Translations under genes and position numbers: made by a program
The notes under the pieces: generated by a model
The model's input: only the letters and a program-made list of their open reading frames with translations
Databases searched by the model: none
What the model was told of the DNA's origin: nothing
Shown here: positions 9,526 through 19,033 of the stretch, in pieces
How positions within the stretch are numbered: the first letter of the stretch is position 1
How the letters are laid out: every line of letters starts with the position of its first letter
NCBI GenBank assembly: GCA_019056805.1
Contig: DXJG01000017.1
Coordinates: 1-28,139 of the forward strand
Direction: 5' to 3'
DNA from: Candidatus Baldrarchaeota archaeon
GTDB taxonomy: Archaea; Asgardarchaeota; Baldrarchaeia; Baldrarchaeales; DXJG01
DNA: 28,139 nt

Positions 9526-10407
9526 TCACTTTTTAGCTTCTATCATAATAAGCGGCAAGAACTTTTTGTAGAAGGTAAGTATTATTGGAAAAATGAAATC
9601 GATGCATGATAGTAATTTTAAGGGGTAAGAAAATCTGCTGAAGACCCACATAAAATCTTGAACTCTTTGTTTTATCTTTACTTTCGAAAAGCCTGCTTCA
9701 AGAAAGAGTCTTTCTACTGCCTCCTTAGAAAAACCTTTTTTAGCATGTATGTCAGCTAATTCTTCCAAGTTTCCCAGATTTTTAAATCTTATTGCCTTCT
9801 CTAGAAGATGCCGTAAGAATGCTCCTTTATATCTTTTCATAAAATATCTTAAACAGAACTTGTAATACAGTAAATTTAGAAATTTAAAGATAGGACCTTT
9901 TTCATAAACTTTTCTCAACTCATATATATTTGGCTCATGAAACGCTATGAAATATCCACCTAGGACTAATATACGATTAACTTCATAAATAAACTTACGA
10001 AGATTGGGCAAATGATGAAGCAAAGAATACGTAGTCACAATATTAAATACACATGACCTAAATGGAAGATTTTCTACATCAGCTCTGATAAAATTCACTT
10101 GGTTTCTACGATAAAATAATTTTTCTTTAGCTTTTAATAGCGATTTACTAGAAATATCTATTCCTACATTAAATTCAAAAATCTCCACTAATTTTTCAAG
10201 AACATTACCTGAACCACAGCCTAAATCAATAGCTCTTTTTATATTTTTCGACAGACACGCTAGTACTTTGGTTATGTGATAGGCTTCAAAAATGTTAAAA
10301 ACTTCGCTATGTAGGAATTCGTAACTATCAAACATATTAAACTTCTCAATATTTGCTTTTTTTACTAAGTATTCTAGGCTATGTTCCTTAAATCCTTTTT
10401 TTGACAT
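9526..10407 (-). CDS. Class I SAM-dependent methyltransferase
   Basis: AIDLGCGSG motif I, VGIDIS, ADVENLPF, SLLHHL, RILVLGG. Confidence 0.93.
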   Translation of the reverse strand: MSKKGFKEHSLEYLVKKANIEKFNMFDSYEFLHSEVFNIFEAYHITKVLACLSKNIKRAIDLGCGSGNVLEKLVEIFEFNVGIDISSKSLLKAKEKLFYRRNQVNFIRADVENLPFRSCVFNIVTTYSLLHHLPNLRKFIYEVNRILVLGGYFIAFHEPNIYELRKVYEKGPIFKFLNLLYYKFCLRYFMKRYKGAFLRHLLEKAIRFKNLGNLEELADIHAKKGFSKEAVERLFLEAGFSKVKIKQRVQDFMWVFSRFSYPLKLLSCIDFIFPIILTFYKKFLPLIMIEAKK

Positions 10408-11575
10408 AAGACATTATCCTCTTTGTAATGCTAGAGGCTGAGAAGTAGTTTATTATAAAGTAGCGTGCTCTCCTGGCATGATTTAATATATAGGAGAAGT
10501 TCCGTATCAGATAGATTATTGTTGAAGCTAGTTGCTCAGGTTCGGCAGACTTGGCAAGAACTATCGCTTTTTTGCAATCAGTACTTAGACCGGCAATCCA
10601 CCTATGTCCTGGGAGGTCAGTTACTATAACTGGTCTGCCCACAGCGAGGGATTCTACTAATTTTGTTGGACATTGGTTCTTCCACCAAGGTTTGTCCGGT
10701 AGGGGAACTATGCACGCATCCGCAGCATATATGTATTTCGGAACCTTCTCATAGCTAACCGGCGGGAGGAAAATGACATACTGATCAAGAGAGCTACCAT
10801 AGACATACTCCATTATTTTACTTTTGTCAGGTCCTTCACCTAAGAGAACAAGCACAACTTTCTTTGCATGGTATCTCTCATTTACAAGTTTTACTGCCTT
10901 TATTGCTTCAAGGAGTCCTCTATCTAAGGTGATCGAACCGTGGTAAAGTACTACAAACTTGTCCTCAATGCCAAGTTTCTTCCTCAAATCATAGCTATTC
11001 TTTATCGAGTTCTCTAGAAAAACCTTCTCGGAGATAGGCGAAGGCATGACAAACAGTTTGCGAGCGGGAATTCCCACTTTCCTTGAAATATTTATACACT
11101 CTGGAAGGGATATTGCGGTAACTAAGTGAACTATGCGTTTTATTAACACAAGCGTCGATAAAAAACGTAGCTCCGTTAATATTCCTCGTATCCCCTTCTT
11201 ACCTACTGGGACACTTATCACATTAAGCACGAAGAGCGGCTTACTATTCAGAAGCAGGTAAGGGTAAAGGAGTACAGCAGGGATCGCTGTTACATCGTCA
11301 AAAAATACGATATCAGCACCTCGGCCTAGAATTAAGAGGTACTTTGTAGATTTAAAAAGAAAGTATAACCAGGAAATCACCGGAAGATCGCGTTTAATCT
11401 CTATGCAATTCAGAATTAATTTTTGGTTGAGATATTGCCTAGTCTTTGACCTACTGCTTGGTATAATAGCGTATGTATAGTTACTGAGTTTGCTAAAGAC
11501 CTTTAACAAGCTTAATAAGGAGGCGCCATGCAAAGTGTCAAGCAGTTTCTCGCTCCATATAACGAGGCACTTCAT
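10388..11575 (-). CDS. GT4 glycosyltransferase
   Basis: VLYHGS...RGLLEAI, LGEGP, ADACIVP...PTKLVESLAVGRPVIVTD. Overlaps both neighbouring genes. Confidence 0.92.
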   Translation of the reverse strand: MKCLVIWSEKLLDTLHGASLLSLLKVFSKLSNYTYAIIPSSRSKTRQYLNQKLILNCIEIKRDLPVISWLYFLFKSTKYLLILGRGADIVFFDDVTAIPAVLLYPYLLLNSKPLFVLNVISVPVGKKGIRGILTELRFLSTLVLIKRIVHLVTAISLPECINISRKVGIPARKLFVMPSPISEKVFLENSIKNSYDLRKKLGIEDKFVVLYHGSITLDRGLLEAIKAVKLVNERYHAKKVVLVLLGEGPDKSKIMEYVYGSSLDQYVIFLPPVSYEKVPKYIYAADACIVPLPDKPWWKNQCPTKLVESLAVGRPVIVTDLPGHRWIAGLSTDCKKAIVLAKSAEPEQLASTIIYLIRNFSYILNHARRARYFIINYFSASSITKRIMSYVKKRI

Positions 11576-12288
11576 AGACTCAACCTGCTGATAAATTTTA
11601 TTATCTTTTTGTAATTTTTGTAGACCGAGGAATTTTGTGTGCTTAGGTACATCAATGGCACTTTACCCTTATATGCCCTAAATAAACATCTCCCGAGAAC
11701 TCTCATAAAATTTACATACTTTCTCTCCTCAGGAACGGACTTTCTGTTGAGGTATCTCCTTAGTAATTCATCGTACTCTGCATCAAGAATGATTGTGGCT
11801 GAATTTTTAAACTGTAAAGCTAAGACAAAATCAAGGAGCATTCTTGCTATATATAGTATTTTTTTGGTACTAGTTACGACTTTAAAGAAGTAAAGCGAAT
11901 CAGCATAAAAGTGCCAAAGAAATCTGTCGGCAACTATGACGTAATTTAAGAGTAAGAAGGGTAAAACCTTTACTGTATATACTATTAACGTTGAAACGAA
12001 CTGCAAGAGAAACCAGAGATTCTTACACCTCCTGATAACAGGTGCCAGAGGTACTTTCACCTTATACCCGAGAGGAAGCTTTCTGAACTCGCAGTAACTG
12101 GTTTTTGAGAAAAGCTTTTTTAGGAGATAGATTATGAAATGGTCAGTTCTTATACTGATCTCCCTTATCTTACAACCTTTTTCTCTAAGATAAGGAACTA
12201 ATAGCCTTATATGTGTGGTTTTTCCGACTCCTTCTGGACCATAAAATGCTATGATTTTAATAGTTTTGGAACTCATGTCACAAAGCAC
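11572..12288 (-). CDS. Thymidylate-kinase-like P-loop kinase (paralog 1)
   Basis: IAFYGPEGVGKTT Walker A, VIVADRF, IILDA...RYLNRK lid-like region. The real start may be ATG 12276. Confidence 0.85.
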   Translation of the reverse strand: MLCDMSSKTIKIIAFYGPEGVGKTTHIRLLVPYLREKGCKIREISIRTDHFIIYLLKKLFSKTSYCEFRKLPLGYKVKVPLAPVIRRCKNLWFLLQFVSTLIVYTVKVLPFLLLNYVIVADRFLWHFYADSLYFFKVVTSTKKILYIARMLLDFVLALQFKNSATIILDAEYDELLRRYLNRKSVPEERKYVNFMRVLGRCLFRAYKGKVPLMYLSTQNSSVYKNYKKIIKFISRLSL

Positions 12289-12341
12289 CCTGTCCTTAGA
12301 GCTTTTGCATAGTAGTTATATTCAGAATAGGATACCATAAA

Positions 12342-12359
12342 ATCCTACTTAAGTAGGAT
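12342..12359. promoter_or_regulatory. Perfect 18-bp palindrome, possible operator
   Basis: ATCCTACTTAAGTAGGAT is self-complementary and lies 54 bp upstream of the kinase ORF. Function is inferred. Confidence 0.4.
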
Positions 12360-12425
12360 AAGAATTTCTTAGTTCTCTCTAATTTTTGTTATCATTCAAT
12401 TATTCGTGATCAGGAGACACCATTA

Positions 12426-12488
12426 TTAGCTGACGACCTCAAGCAACTATCTCTTGAGGTCGTCCACGTTGAATTTTCTTAGATACCT
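12426..12488 (-). pseudogene. Remnant of a GT4 C-terminus
   Basis: RYLRKFNVDDLKR*LLEVVS* aligns without gaps to the end of the 14126-15319 GT4 (SILRKFDTEDIKRRLLDVFT*): 10/20 identities and the same stop position. Confidence 0.55.
12432..12464. terminator. 12-bp perfect stem with 9-nt loop; possible terminator or processing hairpin
   Basis: GACGACCTCAAG-caactatct-CTTGAGGTCGTC, 100 bp downstream of the 12564 GT4. No adjacent U-tract, so the role is uncertain. Confidence 0.35.
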
Positions 12489-12563
12489 TTACTTTATCAA
12501 CATGTTCGTTTTATGATACATGGCTTCTAATAGCTGTTTCTGGTTGCTAATTTTGTGAAATAA

Positions 12564-13619
12564 TTACTTCAGTTTCTGACCATACTTTGCGTGAGCTACT
12601 TTGCGTATCGCTTGACCAAATTTTTTGGCGATTATATCCCATGAATATCGTTCGGCTACCTTTCTGCACTTTGTTGCAAGATCTAGATACGACTCTGGCT
12701 TCTTATACCAAAGATTTAGTAAGCCAATAATACACCTTATAAAGGCATTAATATTACGATAACATACAACATACTTCCTCAATACATTATTCCTAAGCAT
12801 TATGTCCCGAACAGCGCCACGAACGTTAAAAGCTACTGTTGGTACCCCTGCAACAAGAGCTTCTAAGACGACAAGTCCGAAGGATTCATACCTACTTGGA
12901 AATAGCAACACATGAGACTCAGCAAGCACCTTAGCATATTCTTGAGGGGACAACCAAGGCAATATCTCAACATTCGGATAATGCCTAATTTTTTCATATA
13001 ACTTGGTTAGAAACCCGTACGATATAATTATAAACCTAATTCGATTACCAAGCTCTTTAGCTAATGTATGGGCTATTGCAACGAATATATCAGTACCTTT
13101 ATTCCAAGAGGCCCGTCCAGGGTAAATTACTGTGAACACTTCATCCTTTTTCCTTGGCCTGAACATGTCCACATCTATGCCTAACGGAACATAGACCGCC
13201 TTAATTCCGAGTCTCTCACAATGTTTGAAGTCATCCGTGTTGAGGACATGGATTATCGCTCTTAATCTGCGGGAATACAGGAATATCTGCAGTGGATATA
13301 CTAAATCATATAGTATATGAGTAGGTCTCACGGGATAATCGATTGTAAGCGGTGCATGAGCACCTACTACGATGGGAATATCAGTTTTAATAAAACCAGT
13401 TAAGGTTGATTTATCGAGCAGAGGCGGAACAAACCTGGCATAGTATAAAACATCGTATTCGCTTATTCTTTGAGTTGGGAGATCAATTATGAACTTTTTA
13501 GGCATAACGTGCGCTTCAACACCTTCGTTTTTCAATGCCCTATGAAGCGGTGGTGGACACCAGTTGGTGAGAAGCTTGAGCATTCTATTAATGCCCCTAA
13601 AACCTAACGTTTGTAACAT
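12564..13619 (-). CDS. GT4 glycosyltransferase
   Basis: VYVPLGID, GRASWNKGTD, LLFPSRYESFGLVVLEALVAGVP. Confidence 0.93.
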   Translation of the reverse strand: MLQTLGFRGINRMLKLLTNWCPPPLHRALKNEGVEAHVMPKKFIIDLPTQRISEYDVLYYARFVPPLLDKSTLTGFIKTDIPIVVGAHAPLTIDYPVRPTHILYDLVYPLQIFLYSRRLRAIIHVLNTDDFKHCERLGIKAVYVPLGIDVDMFRPRKKDEVFTVIYPGRASWNKGTDIFVAIAHTLAKELGNRIRFIIISYGFLTKLYEKIRHYPNVEILPWLSPQEYAKVLAESHVLLFPSRYESFGLVVLEALVAGVPTVAFNVRGAVRDIMLRNNVLRKYVVCYRNINAFIRCIIGLLNLWYKKPESYLDLATKCRKVAERYSWDIIAKKFGQAIRKVAHAKYGQKLK

Positions 13620-13641
13620 GTTTAGATTTTATTGACACGTT

Positions 13642-14095
13642 TCATCGCCCCATATCGGAGCTCAATTCTGGAAACCGGTACGAGATTGGGCCCATAACAA
13701 ATGTTATCAGCAGTTGCACAAGGACATTATTGGAGACCAATCGAGAGTAGCACCTAACGCCATAGACCTTATATCCCAATCGCCTGAAGTCGCGCGCCCT
13801 ACATGAAGAGAAGTGCTGAGATGAGGGGGAGACACAACCCTCGGAAGCGGTGTGGTTACAATAGCTACTCTTCTTGCAACCTTTTCGCACTCAGCGATTA
13901 ACTTTAACCCTTTAGGGCGAGGGACGTGCTCAATTACCTCAGATGAAATTATAGTATAAAGCCCCTATCACGGAACGATAGATGACCCTCGTCGCATATG
14001 TGAAATGCGTTGTACACCTTTACAGTATATATCTCAAACTCTTCACCCTCCACGAGTTCCAGAACTACTTCATCCAAAGCCAAAATACTGGCCAT
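13642..14095 (-). pseudogene. Frameshifted class I SAM methyltransferase
   Basis: Fragments MASIL..., ICDEGHLSFRDRG, YTIISSEVIEHVP (13923-13943), KGLKLIAECEKVARRVAIVTTP and RARDFRRLGYKVYGV lie in order across at least three frame changes. Motif I is eroded. Confidence 0.75.
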
Positions 14096-14125
14096 TTTAC
14101 CATCCTTCAACCTAAACTGAGTTCC

Positions 14126-15319
14126 TTAGGTGAAGACATCGAGTAGTCGTCTTTTGATATCCTCAGTGTCAAACTTTCTGAGGATACTCTCCCTCAAGCT
14201 TGCCCCGATATCGGTAAGTTGGTCCTTAGATAGGGATAGAGCCTCTTCTATCCTATCAACAAGCTCGTCTATATCGCCTGGTGTAAATATCATTTTTTCT
14301 GCGTAAGTCCCTTGAACTATCTCTGGCACCCCACCAACCCTAGAGACTATCGGTATAGTGCCCGCAAGCATCGACTCCGCAACGGCGTAGGGCAGAGGTT
14401 CCTCTAATATTGAAGGAAATATTAATCCACAAACCCCCGAGTGGAGCTTTAGTAATTCCTTGTGTGGAAGCCAGCCAACAATCTTGTAGGGACCACCGAA
14501 CTTCTTGTTCAGCGAACTTATGATACCTCTATTTTTGTCTCTAAAGTTTCCAGCCAAGAGAAACTTAACACCATGTTCATTATGGAGTAAGTTCGCTGTC
14601 GCCTTCAAGAATATGTGGAACCCCTTGTAGTAACTGTCTCCGCCCACGTAGAGGAATGTTGGTTTGTTCAAGTATTTTTCAATTAGAGACACATCTGGCA
14701 AGGGATTGTAGATTACTCTTACTTTATTGGCTAACTTGGGTAATTCACATCTTACTATCTCGGCCTGTCTCTTGGAGACGCAGATTACCTCATCTGCCTT
14801 GGCAATCCAGCTTTTAACGAACCCATTTAAGGGGGTCATTAAGGAGCTTAGAATCGATTTAATTACGCTCCCGTTTTCCAAGACCTCAAATCTAGCAGAC
14901 CTACTTATGTCATGAAATATACTTGAGTCGTCCACATTGTAAGGATAGGGGATAACTGAGCAGTAGGTTACTGGCTGATAATTATGAAGATGTACTATAA
15001 CTTTCTTATCGTATTTCTTTGCCAGAGGTATGATCGGGTATGCGACTCTGGGGATGTAAACTATCTCGCTTCGTTTAACAAGTTCCTTTAGTTGTCCATC
15101 TGATCCTAATATTCTTGCCCAAAGATAAATTTTTGAAGGGACATCTAAGAGTGGATAGTAAGTATACTGGATACCGCTTATTCTTTCAATGTTCTTCATT
15201 CCCGTCATAACCGTTATACTGAAGCCCTCATCTCTTAACAACTTCAGTATTAAGTGTGTAGCGAGCTCAGCACCACCGTAGGGCCAGTACTTCTCAGATA
15301 TCGTAAGTATATAGCTCAT
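14126..15319 (-). CDS. GT4 glycosyltransferase
   Basis: YGGAE N-terminal motif, VIYNP, YVGGDSYYKGF, FPSILEEPLPYAVAESMLAG. Confidence 0.94.
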   Translation of the reverse strand: MSYILTISEKYWPYGGAELATHLILKLLRDEGFSITVMTGMKNIERISGIQYTYYPLLDVPSKIYLWARILGSDGQLKELVKRSEIVYIPRVAYPIIPLAKKYDKKVIVHLHNYQPVTYCSVIPYPYNVDDSSIFHDISRSARFEVLENGSVIKSILSSLMTPLNGFVKSWIAKADEVICVSKRQAEIVRCELPKLANKVRVIYNPLPDVSLIEKYLNKPTFLYVGGDSYYKGFHIFLKATANLLHNEHGVKFLLAGNFRDKNRGIISSLNKKFGGPYKIVGWLPHKELLKLHSGVCGLIFPSILEEPLPYAVAESMLAGTIPIVSRVGGVPEIVQGTYAEKMIFTPGDIDELVDRIEEALSLSKDQLTDIGASLRESILRKFDTEDIKRRLLDVFT

Positions 15320-15552
15320 TCTGCGTAGCCACTATAGTGTTATAGGGGTTATATATCTAAATCTTAATCAATAGTGCCTCTTCTAAGATCGAATCATTAT
15401 AAATGTTCTCGATGATCTCTGAATGAAAACATGCTATATACTCGCTAAGCAGTGTTTATACCTTCGCGGTTGAAACCAAGATCTGTACAACACCAATATT
15501 ACACGCGAATTTCTAGTACCATAACTTACAACTAATACTCGCTCATATTACT

Positions 15553-17298
15553 TTAGCTCCGATAATAGATTGTGTATGGTCCACTGTCAAATACCTTACA
15601 ATAATCAAGTTCGACGATTGCCCTAATCTCGACTAGCTTTCTGAGAGCCTCGGGTGAGGTGTAGCCAAGCGGGTTCCTTAAATCTATGAAGCTGATTATG
15701 TACATATCACGTTTACTGAGAGTCTCAAGTCTAAGCTTCTCTATTGATGGATAATCTTTTGGGTCCATCAAAACAAAAAGAAGACCGGGGTAATCAGACA
15801 TAATCAACCCATGTTGTTGTGGCAGATAATTCTTTATGATTGGCTTAAGGTTAATATAAGCTGGGCTTGGTTGCCCTATTTCCTTAAAGCCTATAGTTGG
15901 ATCGTAAAGATGTCTTGGGTAATATATATGTGTATATGGCGATAAGAACGACATGAATGACAGAAAGAATAACAGGAAAAATGTTAATACTCTAATGCTG
16001 AGTTTTTTAGACTTTAAGAAAGTTGAATAGAGGATGGATGCATAGAAAATTATAATCGGCATGGCATAGTAACGGATATTAAGAGCATGCTCACCTCCTA
16101 CGATGAATGTTATAAATATTACCGCAAAAGAAGAAGTAGAACAAAGCATGAAGAACTTTCGTTTATCATAAGCTTTATCTTTTATTAAACTATACAAAAG
16201 GTGCATACTCATAACTGGAGTTGCAAACCATAGGATTATGTCGCGTAACCAAAGAAGGGTATTGAGCGGTTTCAGCGTTAAGATACGTGGAAGGTAGGGA
16301 ATTCCTCGTTGTAAGGCTTCCCTCGTTTCAGCCTCACTTAGTTTCAAATGAATTAGTGATGAAATAAAAGATGGTAGGGAGGAGACTACAGGACTTGGAT
16401 GTAATATTTGAAAATTCCATAGATAGGCTGTAGCAAAGGGTATAAGGAAGAACAATAGAAGGCTCCTTCCATTACTCCCATGATACTTTCCTTTAATAAA
16501 AGCGGAAAGTAAGTACACAGACACGGTGAACCACAGTAAGAAATTTATATAAACTAATGGACGGGACGAGTGTGTTAGAGGCAATAACAATAGGAAAAAG
16601 TATAGTATAACGTTTGATTTATTCAAATTTCTAGAAACAAAACATTTGGATAGTAGGTAAAAAGTAAGAAAGCATAGAGTAAGCGAGAATTCACGGTGAT
16701 AAAAATGCAACGAAGCATATATTGCATCGGGAGATGTTGCAAAAAATAAACAAGCTAACAGCAATTCTTCACTTTTAATAACTTTATCGTTCAGAACCTC
16801 CCTTACAAATATTAGTACAACTAACATCATGACAACGCCATTTATGAGAGGTAAAGAAATGACCGTGCAAAGGGGTTGTATGTTTGTGATTAAAGTATAC
16901 ATCGCCGCAAATATTGAAAACAGGGGATAAGACGATACATGAAGTAGAAATGCCGGCGAATCTGGACGGTTAAAGTTTAAGATGAAGTGGCCATCATTAA
17001 GTATCATCTTAAAGAAGACAAGTTCATTGTAAGAGTCATAAAATGCAGGGACTTTAAAACGAAATGACACCATATAAATGGATGACAAAAGGATGAAGAA
17101 AGATATGAACATAGATAAGGTAAGTTTTTCTTCTAAGCTCTTGTTTGGATTCGGCATGTAAAATGTTATAATTAAACTAATGCTAATCAAGGTAGAAAGC
17201 ACATAATATGCCCAAGGCAGGAGTATCTTAGCGAAAAGTAAAAGTATCATGCCCAAAAAAAACATATAAAATGTTAACAAATAAAACATGGGCTTCAT
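15553..17298 (-). CDS. Polytopic membrane protein with a C-terminal soluble domain; candidate glycan polymerase or GT-C-like transferase
   Basis: 581 aa with many TM segments and loop motifs FYDSYNE, SSYPLF, LHFYHRE, LTHSS. Architecture parallels 4452-6125. Confidence 0.7.
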   Translation of the reverse strand: MKPMFYLLTFYMFFLGMILLLFAKILLPWAYYVLSTLISISLIITFYMPNPNKSLEEKLTLSMFISFFILLSSIYMVSFRFKVPAFYDSYNELVFFKMILNDGHFILNFNRPDSPAFLLHVSSYPLFSIFAAMYTLITNIQPLCTVISLPLINGVVMMLVVLIFVREVLNDKVIKSEELLLACLFFATSPDAIYASLHFYHREFSLTLCFLTFYLLSKCFVSRNLNKSNVILYFFLLLLPLTHSSRPLVYINFLLWFTVSVYLLSAFIKGKYHGSNGRSLLLFFLIPFATAYLWNFQILHPSPVVSSLPSFISSLIHLKLSEAETREALQRGIPYLPRILTLKPLNTLLWLRDIILWFATPVMSMHLLYSLIKDKAYDKRKFFMLCSTSSFAVIFITFIVGGEHALNIRYYAMPIIIFYASILYSTFLKSKKLSIRVLTFFLLFFLSFMSFLSPYTHIYYPRHLYDPTIGFKEIGQPSPAYINLKPIIKNYLPQQHGLIMSDYPGLLFVLMDPKDYPSIEKLRLETLSKRDMYIISFIDLRNPLGYTSPEALRKLVEIRAIVELDYCKVFDSGPYTIYYRS

Positions 17299-17421
17299 AA
17301 TTTCAATCCTTCTAATTATTTAAAATGAAATGACAATGATAGGTTTAATTCTTTTTATGTAAGACACAGTTAACGAATTTCAAACCAGGATCTTAATGTT
17401 AGAAATCATATAGATTATCGG

Positions 17422-18843
17422 CTAAAGAGCGTGTCTAATATTCCTTTTCCCTATCGATGCTGTCTTGATCTTTTTAATGACCTTCCAATAGCTTACATAA
17501 TCTCTTTTACCATGTAATTGAACACCGAGTCTTTTACACAAAGATTTCACATTTCCATCCGTGTCGTGGGGTATAGGTAGGCCTAGAAGGCTCAGTATTA
17601 AAGGAGCCACATCCCAGGTCCTTAGCTTCATAACATGTTTATCAACATCTAGGTCTTTCCCTGCTATTAGTGTTATGCCCTTCAGGCTGTGTGTTATGCT
17701 AGAGTCTAAACCATAGCCTAACTTTGGCCAAACTATTAAGTCGGGAGCTCTTTTTATATAAGGACCGTAGTAAAGCTCATTTGGAGTATAGACGTTCAAA
17801 GCACTACATTCCTTCAGTATGTTTATTACTTTCTTCTTCAAGGTAGGAGCTGTATATATGTATCCTGGGTCGGGCAGTAGAACCTCACAATCCTCATACT
17901 TTAAAGAGTGGAAGGCTCTGGTAGTCTTCTTTCCTATATTTATTCTCTTAAACAATCTTTTTGCATAATGCCTAACTTTAGGATGCCTTAATATTTTAAT
18001 GAAGCAACCCGGTATATGTAATGTCCTATTTCCAATCACTTTAAATGCTACCCCAGCCTCACCTAGCCTCCTACATTTCATATTAGATTTTTCTAAAATA
18101 CTTTTAAGATCGATAGCGTTAGAATTGAGACTAAATCCATGGTCTGAAACTATGAGTAAATACTCTGCAGTTTCATAAATCTCCCTAATAAATGAATCTA
18201 TAAGTTTCATAAGTCTGGATGCTCGAGAAGTAATGTTTCCAGACAGTATTTCTCTTCCCTCTTCATGCATTAGCCAATCAGTTTCACTAATTATTACGAA
18301 AAGTAGATCATAATCGTACTTTGCGAGTTCTAACACGCCATTCAAAAACAACTCGGTTTTATTTTCCTCCAATTTTCTATTAACATCAAAATAATCCTTA
18401 TATTTTTCAAATCGTCGAGGGTATATCGTTAGTTTGGGGCCGATCCAGTCAGAAACTATAATTGCGTTTCTAGCAGTTGTAAAGTTAGCTGGATACGTCA
18501 ATGGCAAGTTAATAATTATACTTTTTAATCCATAAAAATCTACAATTTCATGTAAACGAGGATACATAACATCGAATATTGTAGCAAATCTTACATGATA
18601 TTCTTTAGCTGTTTTTGTTACTATATAAAAACTAAATATTCCATGTTTTCCCGGATTAACACCTGTAGCGATACTCGTCCAAGCTGGAGGCGTCCAAGGA
18701 GGAATCACAGATTCCAATACCCCTTTTGCGGAACTGGATAATAGATTCTTAAGAAAAGGCATAACACCATTGTCGATAAATCTGTTGAGGACTTCCCAAG
18801 AAACTCCGTCAATACCTACGACAGCAACTTTGTTATTTCTCAT
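17422..18843 (-). CDS. AlkP-superfamily NPP-like enzyme (paralog 2)
   Basis: VVGIDG, SVIPPWTPPAWTSIATGVNPGKHG, SETDWLMH, IVSDHGF. Clearly homologous to 6266-7696. Confidence 0.92.
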   Translation of the reverse strand: MRNNKVAVVGIDGVSWEVLNRFIDNGVMPFLKNLLSSSAKGVLESVIPPWTPPAWTSIATGVNPGKHGIFSFYIVTKTAKEYHVRFATIFDVMYPRLHEIVDFYGLKSIIINLPLTYPANFTTARNAIIVSDWIGPKLTIYPRRFEKYKDYFDVNRKLEENKTELFLNGVLELAKYDYDLLFVIISETDWLMHEEGREILSGNITSRASRLMKLIDSFIREIYETAEYLLIVSDHGFSLNSNAIDLKSILEKSNMKCRRLGEAGVAFKVIGNRTLHIPGCFIKILRHPKVRHYAKRLFKRINIGKKTTRAFHSLKYEDCEVLLPDPGYIYTAPTLKKKVINILKECSALNVYTPNELYYGPYIKRAPDLIVWPKLGYGLDSSITHSLKGITLIAGKDLDVDKHVMKLRTWDVAPLILSLLGLPIPHDTDGNVKSLCKRLGVQLHGKRDYVSYWKVIKKIKTASIGKRNIRHAL

Positions 18844-19033
18844 GAATTTGACACTCTTTTACAACTATATTATAATTTCTGTACAAGGTTCTAATGCCAA
18901 CGTTCTTTTAACCAATGTAGCTAATTTCAAACTCTAGGAATCGCAACTAACACCTATATCAATAAATTTATCGGTATGGACCAAGATATACTATCAAGTC
19001 TACGATAGCAACTTGGTACAACATTTTTAACCT

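Noticed and set aside
15330-15545. SEIIENI fragment resembling the methyltransferase SEVIEH motif
   Set aside because: A single short match with no supporting motifs in order.
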